From Octopus vulgaris (Eukaryota), in NCBI GenBank assembly GCA_951406725.2, contig OX597831.1, positions 45,570,001 through 45,634,000 of the forward strand: a stretch of 64,000 nt of DNA, given 5' to 3'. Numbering within the stretch: the first letter of the stretch is position 1; each line of letters starts with the position of its first letter. Of this stretch, positions 41,806-57,033 are shown piece by piece. The position numbers and the translations under genes were made by a program. The notes under the pieces were generated by a model that was not told where the DNA came from, searched no databases, and saw nothing but the letters and a program-made list of their open reading frames with translations.

Positions 41806-42142
41806 ATAATGTCTACATTGGGGATTACGATTTTGCTAAATTCTGCGAAACAGGGCACGTCTCATACTAAAGCAACATACCTCACGATATATACATAGGA
41901 TGGATAAGAGAAATTTAAGCAATAGAATTTAAGAAGACTGCATAGTCTACAAGAGTAAAATTATCATTTCAGTAGGGTTTAAAAGGTGCATGATATTAAT
42001 GAGTATGTAATTTTTTGAAGATGAGTCTTGAGGGAAATGACAATCTTACCTGATACCGCTTCTTGTAATATGATTGAAAACTATCTATTTTTGAATGTTT
42101 TTTTTTAAATAGTTTTTTTTAAAATAGTCATTAAAATCATCA

Positions 42143-42302
42143 AAGGTGTGGGTACATGATTAAGAACCTTACTTCCCAACCAAATAGTCGTGGGTTCCGT
42201 TACACTGCTTGACTCCTTGGGCAAGAGTCTTTCACTCTAGCCCCAAGCCGACCAGAGCCTTGCGAATGGATTAGGTAGGCAGAAACTCAAAGAAGCCTGT
42301 TT

Positions 42303-42376
<74 letters not shown>

Positions 42377-42560
42377 TGTCCCTCACTCACCGCTTGGAAA
42401 ATGGTTTTGCTTTATGTCCCGAGAGCATGGCGGTTCAGCAAAAGACACCAACAGAATAAAAAAAAAGACTTTAAAATTAAGTACTGGGGTCGATTTGTTC
42501 GACTTCAAGGCAGTACTCCATCATGGCTACATTCCAATGACTGAAACCAGCAGAAGAAAT
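42143..42560 (+). mobile_element. SINE family A, old diverged copy
   Basis: Diverged consensus match with internal (TG)n. Confidence 0.8.
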
Positions 42561-43182
42561 AAGGCTTTATTTAAGAATCTCGAGGTAAGAAACTTTTGTT
42601 CGAAATATCAGCTTCAATATTAGTCTCTAAAATGGGCAACAAATCAAAAAGAAAAAAATTATTCGAAGATAAATCTATCTAATCGGCTTCTGTACTTGAA
42701 TGATGCTTTATTTACTCAACCCTTTAGCGATGAAAAGGCAAAGCTGGCCTTTGACGGATTAAAACCCAGAACAACAAAAATAAAATAGGAATCGCAATTG
42801 TGTCCGATGCTCTAACAATTCTATAATACAACCCAAATAACAGCTTAATTGTGAAAAACTCAGTGATTTTACTAAAATTTTCCCAATTCTTTATTAGTTT
42901 AAAAAATATGATTGATAGATTATTTTCTCTTTTTTATTTGATAAATACAATTGAAAAATAAGTATATGGACGGTGTATTTTTTTTAAACGCATCTCCCTC
43001 ACCATCCTCCGAGGTAACGTCTTTTTCATTTTCTCTGCTGGGGGCATGAGAAATATTTCTATATTGTGAGTGGATTTGGTGGGAAGTTGCTATTTATAGA
43101 TCAATATATTGTAGACTGATAAAACACGCTTCCACTATGTACATACATAGATCCGTACATACGCAAATATCTATATATTTTG

Positions 43183-43222
<40 letters not shown>

Positions 43223-45342
43223 TTGTGAAATCTTGTATCCCTGCTGTAAGGCTTCATCTCCACGCACGCCAACTTAATTTAATTCGTCCTTAGTCGAAAG
43301 ACGCCTGTTGTTATGTCCTGTTATTATTTTTATGGCATTTGTGTAACATTGTCCGTTTTTTTTCCGTCCTTGTTTTTGTATACTCACTGCTTTTTTTCCA
43401 ATGAAATAACGGTCAGTTGTGAAAAGTATTTTGTTGGTGGTGAATGCGATGCAAGGCTAAGAAAATTTGTGCGTATCAGGACAGAGAATCTTGAGAAGGT
43501 ATACGTGACAAGTATCTATTTGTGTGCGTCCGACTAGCGGTGTCGCTTTGCTTGCGCAGAATGCAAAATATGCCGGTCGGTGCGTGACTGAGGCAGAATG
43601 CACGAGTGTGCGCATGAGTACAGGATGCGCTAGTTGTTGCGTGACTGAGGCAGTGAGTGAGCGTGCAAGGGCGTATATATGAGTGCGAGAGAAAGTCCTG
43701 CAACTGTGGAATAAGCTGAGGCGAGTGAGTGTGTGCATTCTCTATCCATGATATCAGCAAAAGTTTTCTTTTAGGACTGCATTTTGTGTGAAAATGCCTT
43801 GAAAAAAGCGCAGATGTGAATTATGTCTGGCGTTGTTGTTGTGGGCATTTGCTAAGTTAGCAAGAACGACAGTGTAGCATACTGGAGTGATTCGCGAGAC
43901 AGATAATTTTCTCTATTAATTCCGTGACCAAACTGGGGTCGAAGAGAGACAAGTTGTGTCTGACAAGAGCGCAGAAAGCATGAGTTGACATCCGACGTAC
44001 ACGGTGAGGGCACAGACATGAGAACATCTCTAAAGGCATTATGCTTTGGTGCATGTGTGTGAGTGGGTGCAGTCATGCAGGTTTGTGTGTGAACGTTGAG
44101 AAAATATTTTGTTTTGTTTTACAAACAAAATACAGAGCAGGGGTCAGCATACGAAGAAAGAAATTGCAGACATTCAAAAGAACATTTAGCAGAAACCATG
44201 TAATAAAAACTGGTGAACAATGCGTGTGCAATGCAAACATAACAAAATTAGATAAGCTAAAATGACAAACTTGGTTAGAAAGTGTTCTGGTCCTAAAAAG
44301 TTAAAACGTAGCATTTGAAATGCAAAAATTGGTGCATGCAAAGTAAGTTTAAGACTATGGCTGTCGAAAACGTTACACGTGTGGACTCCCATATTTTCTT
44401 CCAGTTAGTTTCTGGGTACAAGGCTGTCGAAATGATGCATTTATTGGCTTCCATAGTCGGCAAATTCCTTGTGCGTCGGCAATGTTGCATTGTTGAGAAG
44501 TGCATCGTAGTGTGGATCACAGTATAGAGCTTTTTGTAGCAGGTCGAAGGAGGGTGCGTCTTGGTGGAGATGAAAGTTGTCATTATTTTTCCTTTGGTCA
44601 AGCGACTATTGATATGAAGACTGTAGTTCTTTTTTACGCTGAGGTAGTGAGGAAAAGATAGCAGCTAATGTAGCTTCAGAAGGCAGCAATTCATTTTAAA
44701 CGGAGTCACCAATTTGTAACGGTGGATATTTATTTTATCGCTACATTGTAAAATACGACGGGCTGGTGATTAAATCGTAAAGCATGCGAAGTAAAGATAG
44801 ATGTCGTAGATTTTCCTTGTATAGTTTGTGTTTGTGTTCTCGTCATTGTGTAGTAGTAATTACAGATAGAAATAGAGTGATGTTGTATGAGAAAATAAAG
44901 TGAGCTAGTGAGAGTAAGAGAGTGTGGTACGAAACAACTGCTTCCTTGGTGAGTTATCATAGTTGTTCATTGTGCCCTTTTCTTTTGCGACGGCGTTTTG
45001 TTCAGACTCCGTTCTCACTAACTGACTAACTGACTTTTGCTTGGGGGTTCTTGTTTTTATAACTATCCAGAATGATAGACATAGCGTTGAGAACAATGGA
45101 TTTCGTTGGTGGTACTTGTTATCTTAATTCAAGCTTTTGGTGGCTTATAAGAGGGTAGAAGGGTCAAGTGGCGAAGACATCATTTTGCTTAGCTAAGGCA
45201 TCTGGTAAATATAAACTGCTGTCACAGAAAAACTATATTGTTTTACTGTGAGAAAAGTGCTGTAGAAGTGTTAATTTAAATTTGGCCATCCAGGATCAAA
45301 TCCACTTCATGCCTGCAAGATCCACTACACACACACATACAG

Positions 45343-46779
<1,437 letters not shown>

Positions 46780-46945
46780 GGCGAGCTACTTTCAGTCTCC
46801 GTCTACCAAATCCGCTCTCAAGGCTTTGGTCGGTCCGAGCTTATAGGAGGAGACACTTGCCCAAGGTGCCATGCAGTGGGACTGAACTCGGAAGCATGTG
46901 GTTGGGAAGCAAGCTTCTTATCATACTACGCATTTTATTAAGAAA

Positions 46946-47808
46946 CTAGCGGTACCCGTGAATATTTCGTGGAATTAATAGTAAACCAATTGGATTATTT
47001 CTGAAAACTTTATCCCCAAAACCTGAAAGCGTAGCCTATGCTGTGTCTGTATAAAAAGTTTGTCGCTCATCTAGTACTCAACTGAAAAGTGAAAGAAAAT
47101 GGAATACGATGATTACTTAATGCACTTTATATATACGCTTTATATACTTTATGCACAATTTTATAGACGGAATACACAGCACTTATACGATAAATATTCA
47201 CTCCTATTTTTCCATTTCCCCCATTAAAAAAGTTAAATTGCATGCACCTGCCACTTAAATAAGCGTGAATATTTCACGGAATTGTACCAACTCCACCACC
47301 GACCCCTCCATCATCACCACCAGCATCATCTCTCTCTCTCTTTCTTTCTCTCTCCCTCTCTCTCTCTCTCTCCCCCTCTCTCTCCCTCTCTCTGCTTTCC
47401 TTTAACCTCACCATCAGAACATCACACCTCTGCTAAAATTATATTTTTAACTTTCCTCCTCTACCTTCAACCAACTTTTTCGACCACATAATAGATATTA
47501 CATTCCTTCTACCTCACATCATGGACGCTCTTCTGTCCGCTTTTTTCTTTCTCCCTCTTTCTGTCTCACTCTTCACCTTATCCTATTTTCTCTCCCCTTT
47601 TTCTTTCTCATCTCTTTCTCTTCAACTAATCGCGAGAAGGCGTTACAATTACATTCCCTCTACCTCATGTTATGGACGCTTCTCTCTCCATCTTTTTCCC
47701 CCCTTCCACTTTTTCTAGCTCCTTTTCTTTCTCCCTCTTTTTCTCTAATCACTTGAAAGCGTTACCGACAGGCTAAGTAACGCAATGACAAGCAGAATTA
47801 TTATAGGA
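46946..47808 (-). mobile_element. Probable non-autonomous Helitron
   Basis: Minus strand begins A|TCCTATAATAAT and ends with an imperfect subterminal hairpin followed by CTAG|T. No TSD. A second, better hairpin copy CGTGAATATTTCACG lies at about 47264. Confidence 0.6.
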
Positions 47809-49240
47809 TATTGCCGTGAAAGGGTTACAAGATACAATGCATTGACATAATCCACTTCTAAAAATTTGTAAACAGATAACAATGGAAGAAATGCTGCTTC
47901 AACAAACTAAGAAAAACAAAACACTTCATAGATATTTATCTGTCTTGATGGGCTTATGAGTTGTTTTTAAGACGTTCAGAACTAAGAAAGGTTACTTGTT
48001 AGAGAAACAATAGCCTTTTTTTCTTGGTATATATTGCCTCTCACTTGCCCTCCGAACGTCCTTGTCTTTATTCTATTGACTTCCCAGTAAGAAAGTAGCA
48101 TAGCCGATTTCCCAGTTATCATTGAACAGCATCTCTGCATTAATGGCGAAAAGGTCAAAATATATTTAGGAAGTTAATTTCATATAAATTAGGCGGTAAA
48201 GGGAAAACAATAAAGCAAAAGTGAAACAATATTTGTAAATAACTAACATTGTATTTATTTTCTCAGTTAGTTCAAGAGACAACTCTGGACATATTTCAGT
48301 ATTATCACTCGAAATAGTGATGAAATAGTTACTAAAAAATGATTTACTGAAGAAGGAAAACAGAATCGTTTAGACACCGTAAACTGCGCATATTTCTTTG
48401 GTTGCTTGTGAGGTATTTTTCCCTTTATGGAAAAAGAAAAGCATCAAGTGCCGAAAATGAACTTTCTTATCTTCCATTTTAAAGGGTTACAGAATTAACA
48501 TAGGTTATAGGAATATAAACCTTCTTCCATGAAAAGATAGCTTAAACTGTGCTCTAAATGGAGGTGTAGTCAAATCCTATTTTATGGACTGAACCATGTT
48601 CTAAAATAAGTCGAAAGGTAAGCTACTATAAATCGGCACGAACTTTCCGGACAACCCCATACAATGATTTCTTAACACATGAAGCGCGACGGACCACGGT
48701 ATTGGCCTTCAGGCACAGGTCGACAGGCCACGATCGTGGCCCAGATAGATGCATTTAACTTATGGACGTTTGTCGGGGTCTAATGTCATTCAAACGCTCC
48801 AATACACCCCAGAATACAAGAGGGCTAATAGTTCAACTAATGATTTTTCAGATTATGTAAAACTTACCACCATTATATACTAAGAATATATTTTAACTAT
48901 TTTTTTGTTTTTTATGTGTGCATGGTAGTCCCATTTTCATAAAATGTGCTCAGTAGTCCATGCTATGTAAGTGCAAATCCCAGCGCTTTATGGGTTAATA
49001 ATACACAAGGGTTATATTGGCCCTATTTTTTTATAATTTCTATTATAGTTCTGTTCACATCCAGGTTAAATAAAAAGCAATGCTTCTCATGGACAAGGGA
49101 CTAGTCCCTCTGAGGGACTGGTAGTACTAAGAGAATTGAAACAGGGCTGGTCAGCAAAATGCCATGTTTAACACATTTAATATGATGCTCACTTTTTTAA
49201 AATCTGTCCAATATAAGTGGTGACAACAGAAGAATTATAT

Positions 49241-49620
49241 CAATGGTTCTCAACCATTTTTTTTTTACCTATGGATCCCTTCGGCTACGATTTTATTTTG
49301 GTGGAGCCCCATAGCCATTCGATGTCTTTACACGTATTTTGTAGACACTTCTTTCGAAATTCCTATTTTACTTTTCGCACATTAGTCCGTGTAGTTTGAA
49401 CTGTTTCTTGCAATAGTCTTTACTCTTTCCTTGTTTCAGTCATTTAACTGCGGCCATGCTGGAGCACCGCCTTTAGTCGAATAAATCGACCCAGGACTTA
49501 TTCTTTTGCAGCCTAGTTCTTATTCTATCGATCTCTTTTGCCGAAACGCTAAGTTACAGGGACGTTCATCTAAAGCAAATTTTTTTCATAGACCCCTAAA
49601 ATAATATTGAACAGGAACCA
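49241..49620. mobile_element. hAT-type element remnant with nested family A fragment
   Basis: CAATGGTTCTCAACC terminus, homologous to 6921-6975. SINE A 3' half at 49420-49565 (-). Confidence 0.6.
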
Positions 49621-49877
49621 TACTAGTTGGGATGCAAGCTTCTTACCACACAGTCACGAACTCCAAGTATTTAGCTGGTACATCTTTCTTATCGACCCCG
49701 CAAGTTTAAAAGGCATATTTGACTTCGGTGGGATTTGAACTCGGAATATCAAAAACAGTAGCTAAATACGCCAAGGTATTTTGTCTAATGCTCCAGCAAC
49801 TCTGCCAAAACCACGTGTGAAATTAAAATCTTTTATTGGTATAATTCTGGTTTATCTTTTGTACATCCGTTCGTCAT

Positions 49878-50007
<130 letters not shown>

Positions 50008-50404
50008 CCTCACCTCTCTTATCTTTAAGCCACAATCTTTACCCTCCGCGTGTACTAGAAAAGCAGGTATCATGGAGTAACTATCTTTCTTATATCCTAT
50101 ATCTTTTACGTGTTTCATTCATTAGACTGCGGTCATGCTGGAGCACTGCCTTGAAGGCTTTAGTCGAACAAAGCAACCGCTGTACTTATGGTTTCCTTGG
50201 AAGATAGCAGTGAATGTATACGAAAACAAGGACGGAAGAAAACGGAAAAGATTACACAAAAATAACAGGACATAACAACAGGTGTCTTTCGACTAAGGAC
50301 GAATTAAATTAAGCTGGCGTGTGTGGAAGTAAAGCCTTACGTCAGGGATACAAGATTTCACAGGCACAGGGAAGAATATAGATGTTGCACGGACAGCGGC
50401 CGAA

Positions 50405-51205
50405 CCAAGAAAGAAAGGCCAAGCGGGGTCATGCCATTTTTGGTCAAAAACTGTCCCACACTCAAGGCGGTGTGCGAAGGAACATTGTTATGGTGAAACC
50501 ACCACTCTCCACTTTGCCACTGGTCAAGGCGTTTTCGTCTCACCACGTCTCACAAATGCTTCAGAACTGCCATGTACAATGTCTGGTTAACAATTTGATC
50601 AAGAGGAACAAATTCTGTGTGGACAATTCCTTTTTGTATTGATGAAACAAATCAGCGCTGTCTTGACACTAGACTTCACTTCACACGCTTTTGGTGGGCA
50701 TGGTGACATTGAATGCTTCCAGTGACTTGATTGCTGCTTCGTTTTCTGGTCGTAGCCGTAGCACCAGCTTTCGTCACCAGTTGTGACTTTCGAAAAAAGA
50801 TCCGGATCAACTTCACGACACGCATTCAGTCATGACTGCCTTTGATCTTCCATGAGCAAGCGAAGCACACATTTTGCTACAACTCCTTTCATTTGCATTT
50901 CCTCGTTCAAAATTCGTTGGCAGTCATATCAACAACTTCGTCAGTTGTTCGGTGACGATTCTCCAACATCAGTTCATGAATTTTCGTGATGTTTTCATTT
51001 GTTCGGAAGGTCGACGGTCGTCCTGAACGAGATTGGTTTCAAAGCGACAAGTGACCATCCCTAAAGCGTGAAAACCACTCGTAAATTTCTATTTTGCTCA
51101 TTGCAGTGTCCTTCTACGTTGTTTGAGGTATAGCAACATTTTCGACCGCCATTTTGCCCGGCAGAAAACAGCATTTGACGGAAGCACGCTCTTCTTTCGT
51201 TTCAG
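50405..51205 (-). pseudogene. Decayed mariner transposase
   Basis: VRRKR...WWFHHNNVPSHTALSVGQFL and, upstream, VTTGDESWCYGYD. Many disruptions. Confidence 0.8.
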
Positions 51206-51219
51206 CCATCGCAAAAATC

Positions 51220-51830
51220 GACGATCTCTCTATTGAGTTCCAGGTCAGAAATTTTTAGTGGTTGCCTGCATATATATAAATATATTTTGAAGAATTGGAA
51301 AATTCTGCCAATTCCTGACTGACTTGATATCTTTCCAGCCACATAGCCTCCTTCCGACAAAGGGACAAAAGTAAAGCTACTAAATTGGCTAGCTACGTAT
51401 GAACTTTGAAAGATAAAGAAACACTGCATGTGATTAAATGGAAAATAAGTGAGAAATCCATACCTCATGTGAATGGATCGAATAAATGTAGACTTTGGCT
51501 GAAAGATCGCAGATCCTGTTCAGATCTAAGATCCCCAACTCTCTATTGAATTCCAGGTCAGAAATATTCAGTCGTTTTGAAAAACTGGATAATTCCCCCT
51601 ATTCCCGACTGATTTGATATCTTTCCAGCCTTATCTTTTAAGGTCTAAAGAGGATAGCTCTTTTACCTTTTTACTTTTTATTTTTTACATTGTAATTTCT
51701 GTTTTTCTTTTTCCGTTGTTTATTGTCTGCTTTTTCTATATGCTGCCTTCTCAGTTTTTCGCGTTTCTTCTATTATTCATTTTCTTTAGTTCGTTATATG
51801 TGGTTGGCGCCTGAAGAATATGTTTGAGTT
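51220..51830 (+). mobile_element. Penelope-like 3' remnant with partial direct duplication
   Basis: KATKLASYV*TLKDK...IKWKI...KCRL...LLNSRSEIFS is a GIY-YIG C-terminal pattern. 51225-51340 repeats at 51541-51630. A lone CTGAAGA lies at about 51811. Confidence 0.65.
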
Positions 51831-51837
51831 TTGTCAA

Positions 51838-52275
51838 CTGGGACTTATTTTATCGACCCCGAAAGGATGAAAGGTAACGTTGACCACGGCGGAATTTCAA
51901 CTCAGATCGTAGCGGCGGGGGAAATACCTATTTCTTTATTACCCACAAGGGGCTAAGCATAGAGGAGACAAACAAGGACAGACAAACGGATTAAGTCGAT
52001 TATATCGACCCCGAAAGGATGAAAGGCAAAGTCGACCTCGGCGGAATTTGAACTCAGAACGTAGCGGCAGACGAAATACCTATTTCCTTACTACCCAACA
52101 GAGGCTAAACACAGAGAGGACAAACAAGGACAGACAAACGGATTAAGTCGATTACATCGACCCCAGGATGAAAAGCAAAGTCGACCTTGGCGGAATTTGA
52201 ACTCAGAACGTAACGGCAGACGAAATACCGCTAAGCATTTCGCCCGGCGTGCTAACGATTCTGCCAGCTCACCAC
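51838..52275 (-). mobile_element. SINE family B trimer (third unit truncated)
   Basis: Junction GAAATACCTATTTC, the reverse complement of the B junction, at about 51921 and 52073. Confidence 0.88.
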
Positions 52276-52506
52276 CTCTGATAAGTAATGCTGACAGATT
52301 TTGTTCTGACCCCGTCATACTACTAAATGTTTTGTCATCAGTCTTCAGAAGCGACTGACCCGCTGAGAGGTCGCTGACGGGGTCACTGCCTTTTCAAATA
52401 ACACAAGACGGATTAACATATTTTCCCTTTCTCAAATATACATTGGCAATGTAAATGATCAAGCATGTGTGAATGTATTTGGGTAAAGTCTTTCCCTGTG
52501 TACAAC

Positions 52507-52564
<58 letters not shown>

Positions 52565-52567
52565 CTC

Positions 52568-52614
<47 letters not shown>

Positions 52615-52676
52615 GTCTATCTCTCTGTCTGTCTATCTATCTATCTACCTACCTATCTAGCAATCTATCTATCTGG

Positions 52677-52747
<71 letters not shown>

Positions 52748-53145
52748 CCTAGCTATCTATCTATCTGTCTGTCTGTCTGTATGTTTGTCTGTCCTTCTGT
52801 CACTTTGTTTTAATTTCCACTTGACTTTCCCGATACAAATGAATGTGGGAAAGTGGAAGTGAGAAAAAGAAAGTGTATGTGTGGGTGTGTGGGTGTGTTT
52901 GTATGTATGTGTATGTGTGTGTGAGAGAGAGAGAATGTTTGTGTATATGTTTGTGCGTGTGTGTATGTATATATACGTATGTTTGTGTGTGTATATGCCT
53001 ATATGTTGGTGGGTACGTATGTGTGAGCATATATGTAGGTGTATGTGTGGGCGTATGTGTGTGTGTGTGCGGCATACGTGCGTGTGTATATGTCTATATG
53101 TAGGTGGGTCCGTATGTATAAGCATACACATAGGTGTATGTGTGG

Positions 53146-53179
<34 letters not shown>

Positions 53180-53599
53180 ATGTGTCTTAAAGAGAAAGCG
53201 GGGAGACTGAACAGATACTCGTTTTTACTCCTAGGTTAGCTCTGATCAAACACAGCCAAATCTATGAACAAAGACGTTCCAGCGTGACCATCCCATCTTT
53301 TTTTGTATATCAAGAACCACTTTGTTCAATGTGTTCATCCGTCTTTTTTTTTTTTTTTTCATGCTTTATTTATTTTTGTCTAATGCAGTAGGTGTGATCT
53401 GAGGGAGTTTGGTTGTTACTCCTAGCAATTAAAACGAGTGCGTTGACATACAGACCCCAACCTTTATCTGCTTTTTGGCAGAACTACTTATCCTCAACCA
53501 AAAAGCTAACTTTTAAATCTCTCAAAGAGAGCAGTTTTACGTGCAGCAGTTTTACTTGCAAGTAATGTTCGTTGCTACTTCAACATGGCTATTCCGTTC

Positions 53600-53945
53600 G
53601 AACGGACTTTACTGCGATTATTTTTTACCCCAAGAAGACATCAGCTCTGGCTGGTTGACGATGCACACCTGCATCCGATATATTGCGAGCAGGGGAGCGA
53701 ACTCCTAGCACCTTCTCAGCGACAAGACAAGCATACCAGTCTGGTTGTATCCAGCCTGATTATGTCTACTCGTGGACACCAATCAATTCTCGTACGACCG
53801 ATTTCCTCCGCAAAATAGGAATAGCGGCGGCCTGTCGGAGAAACAAGCGCCGCGAGGTGGAGTGGCTGCTACAGCAGCAAGTGTCGCTGGCCATTCTCCG
53901 TGGCAACGCCATCGCGATCATTACCGCAGGGCGCGGCTGAGCACC
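53600..53945 (+). pseudogene. CRE-like non-LTR element C-terminal remnant
   Basis: TDFLRKIG...RREVEWLLQQVSLAILRGNA.AI. Confidence 0.65.
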
Positions 53946-54384
53946 CCACTCGTTCTGAGATATGTGGCCCATCGCCCCTCCTCTTCCATCTCTCGCAGCT
54001 TTTCTTTCCTTTTCTTTATCCCCTTTTCTTTCTTTTACTTTCATCTTCTTCCGTTTCTTTGTACCTGTGTGAATCCTTCAAATTAAAATTTTTTTGTGGA
54101 TTAAAGGCAAAAAATATGCCTGAGGGAATGTTGTCCATTCCAGTAACGTTCAATGTTTAGTAAGGAGGGACCGGCGATAGGTGGGCTGCGGCCCCAAAAT
54201 AGGCGCCTGAGGTATTTATTTCTCCATGAGCGCCGGGCCCTTTCTAGAAAAACAATTCATATTTGCGAGCAATTGACAGCGTTTAGATAGTCTTTTTGTG
54301 TTAGCATTTGTTTGATTCTTGCTTTCATAAGCTTTGCCTGTGATGGAAATGGAAGGATCCACAGGAAATTATTTTTCTCTCTCT

Positions 54385-54740
54385 TCTTTTACTTGTTTCA
54401 GTCATTTGGCTGCGGTCAAATCGACCCCAGGACTTATTCTTTGTAAGGACTTATTCTATCGGTCTCTTTTGCCGAACCGCTAGGTTACGGGGACGTAAAC
54501 ACACCAGCATCGGTTGTCAAGCGATGTTGTGGGGACAAACACAGACACACACATACATACATATATACATATATACGACGGGCTTCTTTCAGTTTCCGTC
54601 TACCAAATCCGCTCACAAGGCTTTGGTCGGCCCGAGGCTATAGTAGAAGACATTTGCCCAAGGTGCCACGCAGTGGGACTGAACCCGAAACCATGTGGTT
54701 GGTAAGCAAGCTACTTACCACACAGCCACTCCTACGCCTA
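54385..54740 (-). mobile_element. SINE family A
   Basis: Consensus match. Confidence 0.88.
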
Positions 54741-55255
54741 TTTATTATTTATTACTTGTTTTATCTTTCTCTATTTTGTTTGTTTTAGTCAGCCACGCAG
54801 TCAGATCGAATCTGAGACCTCGTGATTGGAAAGTGAACTATTTATGACTTTTGCAAAGCTAGAACGATTGTTGAGATCTTATGGCCAACGGAGGAAGTCG
54901 AACCAATGAGGGCGTCTCTTCGCAATTTTTCGACCTGCTAGAAACACCAACCAAATCACTCCCTGCCGACTTTTTTTTCAAGAAGTTAAGATATTGAACA
55001 AGAACAACAACAACAACAATAACAACTTCAACAACAGCAGCAGCAAAAACAACAACAACTTGAACATCTGTAGGTTGACGTATGCGTGAAAGAATGTGGG
55101 AGAGGATATGTGCTGGTAAGGAATGACCTGTCTAACTCTTTACACATAGTACAGGTTCGGTCACGTGTGTCTAAGCGCTCTCACGCACGTTTGAGTGATT
55201 TATGCGTACATGTGAATGTAAGTGTACGTGTATGTGCGTGTGTGTTTGCGAGATT

Positions 55256-55342
55256 AAAAAAGAAAGAAAGAAAGAAAGAAAGAAAAAGAAAGAAAGAAAA
55301 GGAAAGAGAGAGAAAAAGAAAAAGAAAGGCAGAAGAAAGAAT

Positions 55343-55414
<72 letters not shown>

Positions 55415-55479
55415 ATGCAAGAAAGGAAGAAAGAAAAGGAAAAAGAGAAAGAAAGAGAAAGAAAGGCAGAAGAAAGAAT

Positions 55480-55527
<48 letters not shown>

Positions 55528-55608
55528 AATAGAAAGAAAAGGAAAGAAAGAGAGAAAGAAAGAAAAAGAAAGAAAAGGAAAGAAAGAAAGAAAGAAAGAA
55601 AGGAAAAA
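55256..55608. repeat. (GAAA)n polypurine tract with higher-order duplication
   Basis: About 350 bp of almost pure purine. GAAAGGCAGAAGAAAGAATAAG occurs twice. Confidence 0.92.
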
Positions 55609-55766
55609 GTTGTAAACACGGCCCGATCCCTCATTGACTAACTCAAATGCAACTGATGGTGATTTGCGACTGCAAAAATTATACCAGACGAAAGTTCAGC
55701 ACAAAAACATTGGATTCGCCTTTACGCCACCACATACGAACTTATCCAAATTCTTTTATTCATTTA

Positions 55767-55964
55767 TTCTTTTATTGGTTTCAGTCATTTGACTGCGGCC
55801 ATGCTAGGGCACCGCCTTTAGTCGAGCAAATCGACCCCAGTACTTATTCTTTGTAAGCCTAGTACTTATTCTATCGGCCTCTCTTGCCGAACCGCTAATT
55901 AACGGGGACGTAAACACACCAGCATCGGTTGTCAAGTGATGTTGCGGGGACAAACACAGACACA

Positions 55965-56036
<72 letters not shown>

Positions 56037-56195
56037 GGATGGGCTTCTTTCAGTTTCCGTCTACCAAATCCACTCACAAGGCTTTGGTCGGCCCGAGGCT
56101 ATAGTAGAAGACACTTGCCCAAGGTGCCACGCAGTGGGACTGAACCCGGAACCATGTGGTTGGTAAGCAAGCTACTTACCACACAGCCACTCCTA
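55767..56195 (-). mobile_element. SINE family A
   Basis: Consensus match. Head-to-head with the 56615 copy. Confidence 0.9.
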
Positions 56196-56563
56196 GGAAT
56201 CTCACCATAAATGTGTGAATACGCGCGCTTGTGTTTATATTAATATATTTAGTTGATCATATCGATCCGGCAGTGCTTATTCTATCGATCTCTGTTTATT
56301 ACGAGATACAACTGAAAACACAGCATCGATTTAAACGGGAATAAACGTAAAAGGAAACACACACATAAATGTACACACGCGCGGAGTGTGTCTATATTTC
56401 GGTGGGTCTCGTAATAAACATCGATTAAGTAGGTGTGTATATATAATAAATAACACACCAAATATATAGTGCGTGTGTTTTTATTGGCTAAACTGGCAAT
56501 ATGACCATTCCGTTTCAACACACGACTTCACATAAAAAATCTTGCACAACAAATATTTAAACG

Positions 56564-56614
<51 letters not shown>

Positions 56615-56616
<2 letters not shown>

Positions 56617-56755
56617 CGCAGGAGTGGCTGTGGGTTAAGTAGCTTGCTTACCAACCACATGGTTCCGGGTTCCGGGTTCAGTCCCACCACGTGGCACCTT
56701 GGGCAAGTGTCTTCTACTATAGCCTCGGGCCGACCAAAGCCTTGCGAGTGGTACA

Positions 56756-56804
<49 letters not shown>

Positions 56805-57033
56805 ATATATATGTGTGTATGTATGTATGTGTGTGTATATATGTTTGTGTGTCTGTTTTTGTCCCTCAGCAGATGCTGGCGTGGTTACGTCCCCGTAACC
56901 TTGCGGTTCGGCAAAAGAGACCGATAGAATAAGTACTAGGCTTACAAAGAATAAGTCCTGGGGTCGATTTGCTCGACTAAAAGGCGGTGCTCCAGCATGG
57001 CCACAATCAAATGACTGAAACAAGTAAAAGAGT
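56615..57033 (+). mobile_element. SINE family A
   Basis: Consensus match with a duplicated GGTTCCG. Confidence 0.9.
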
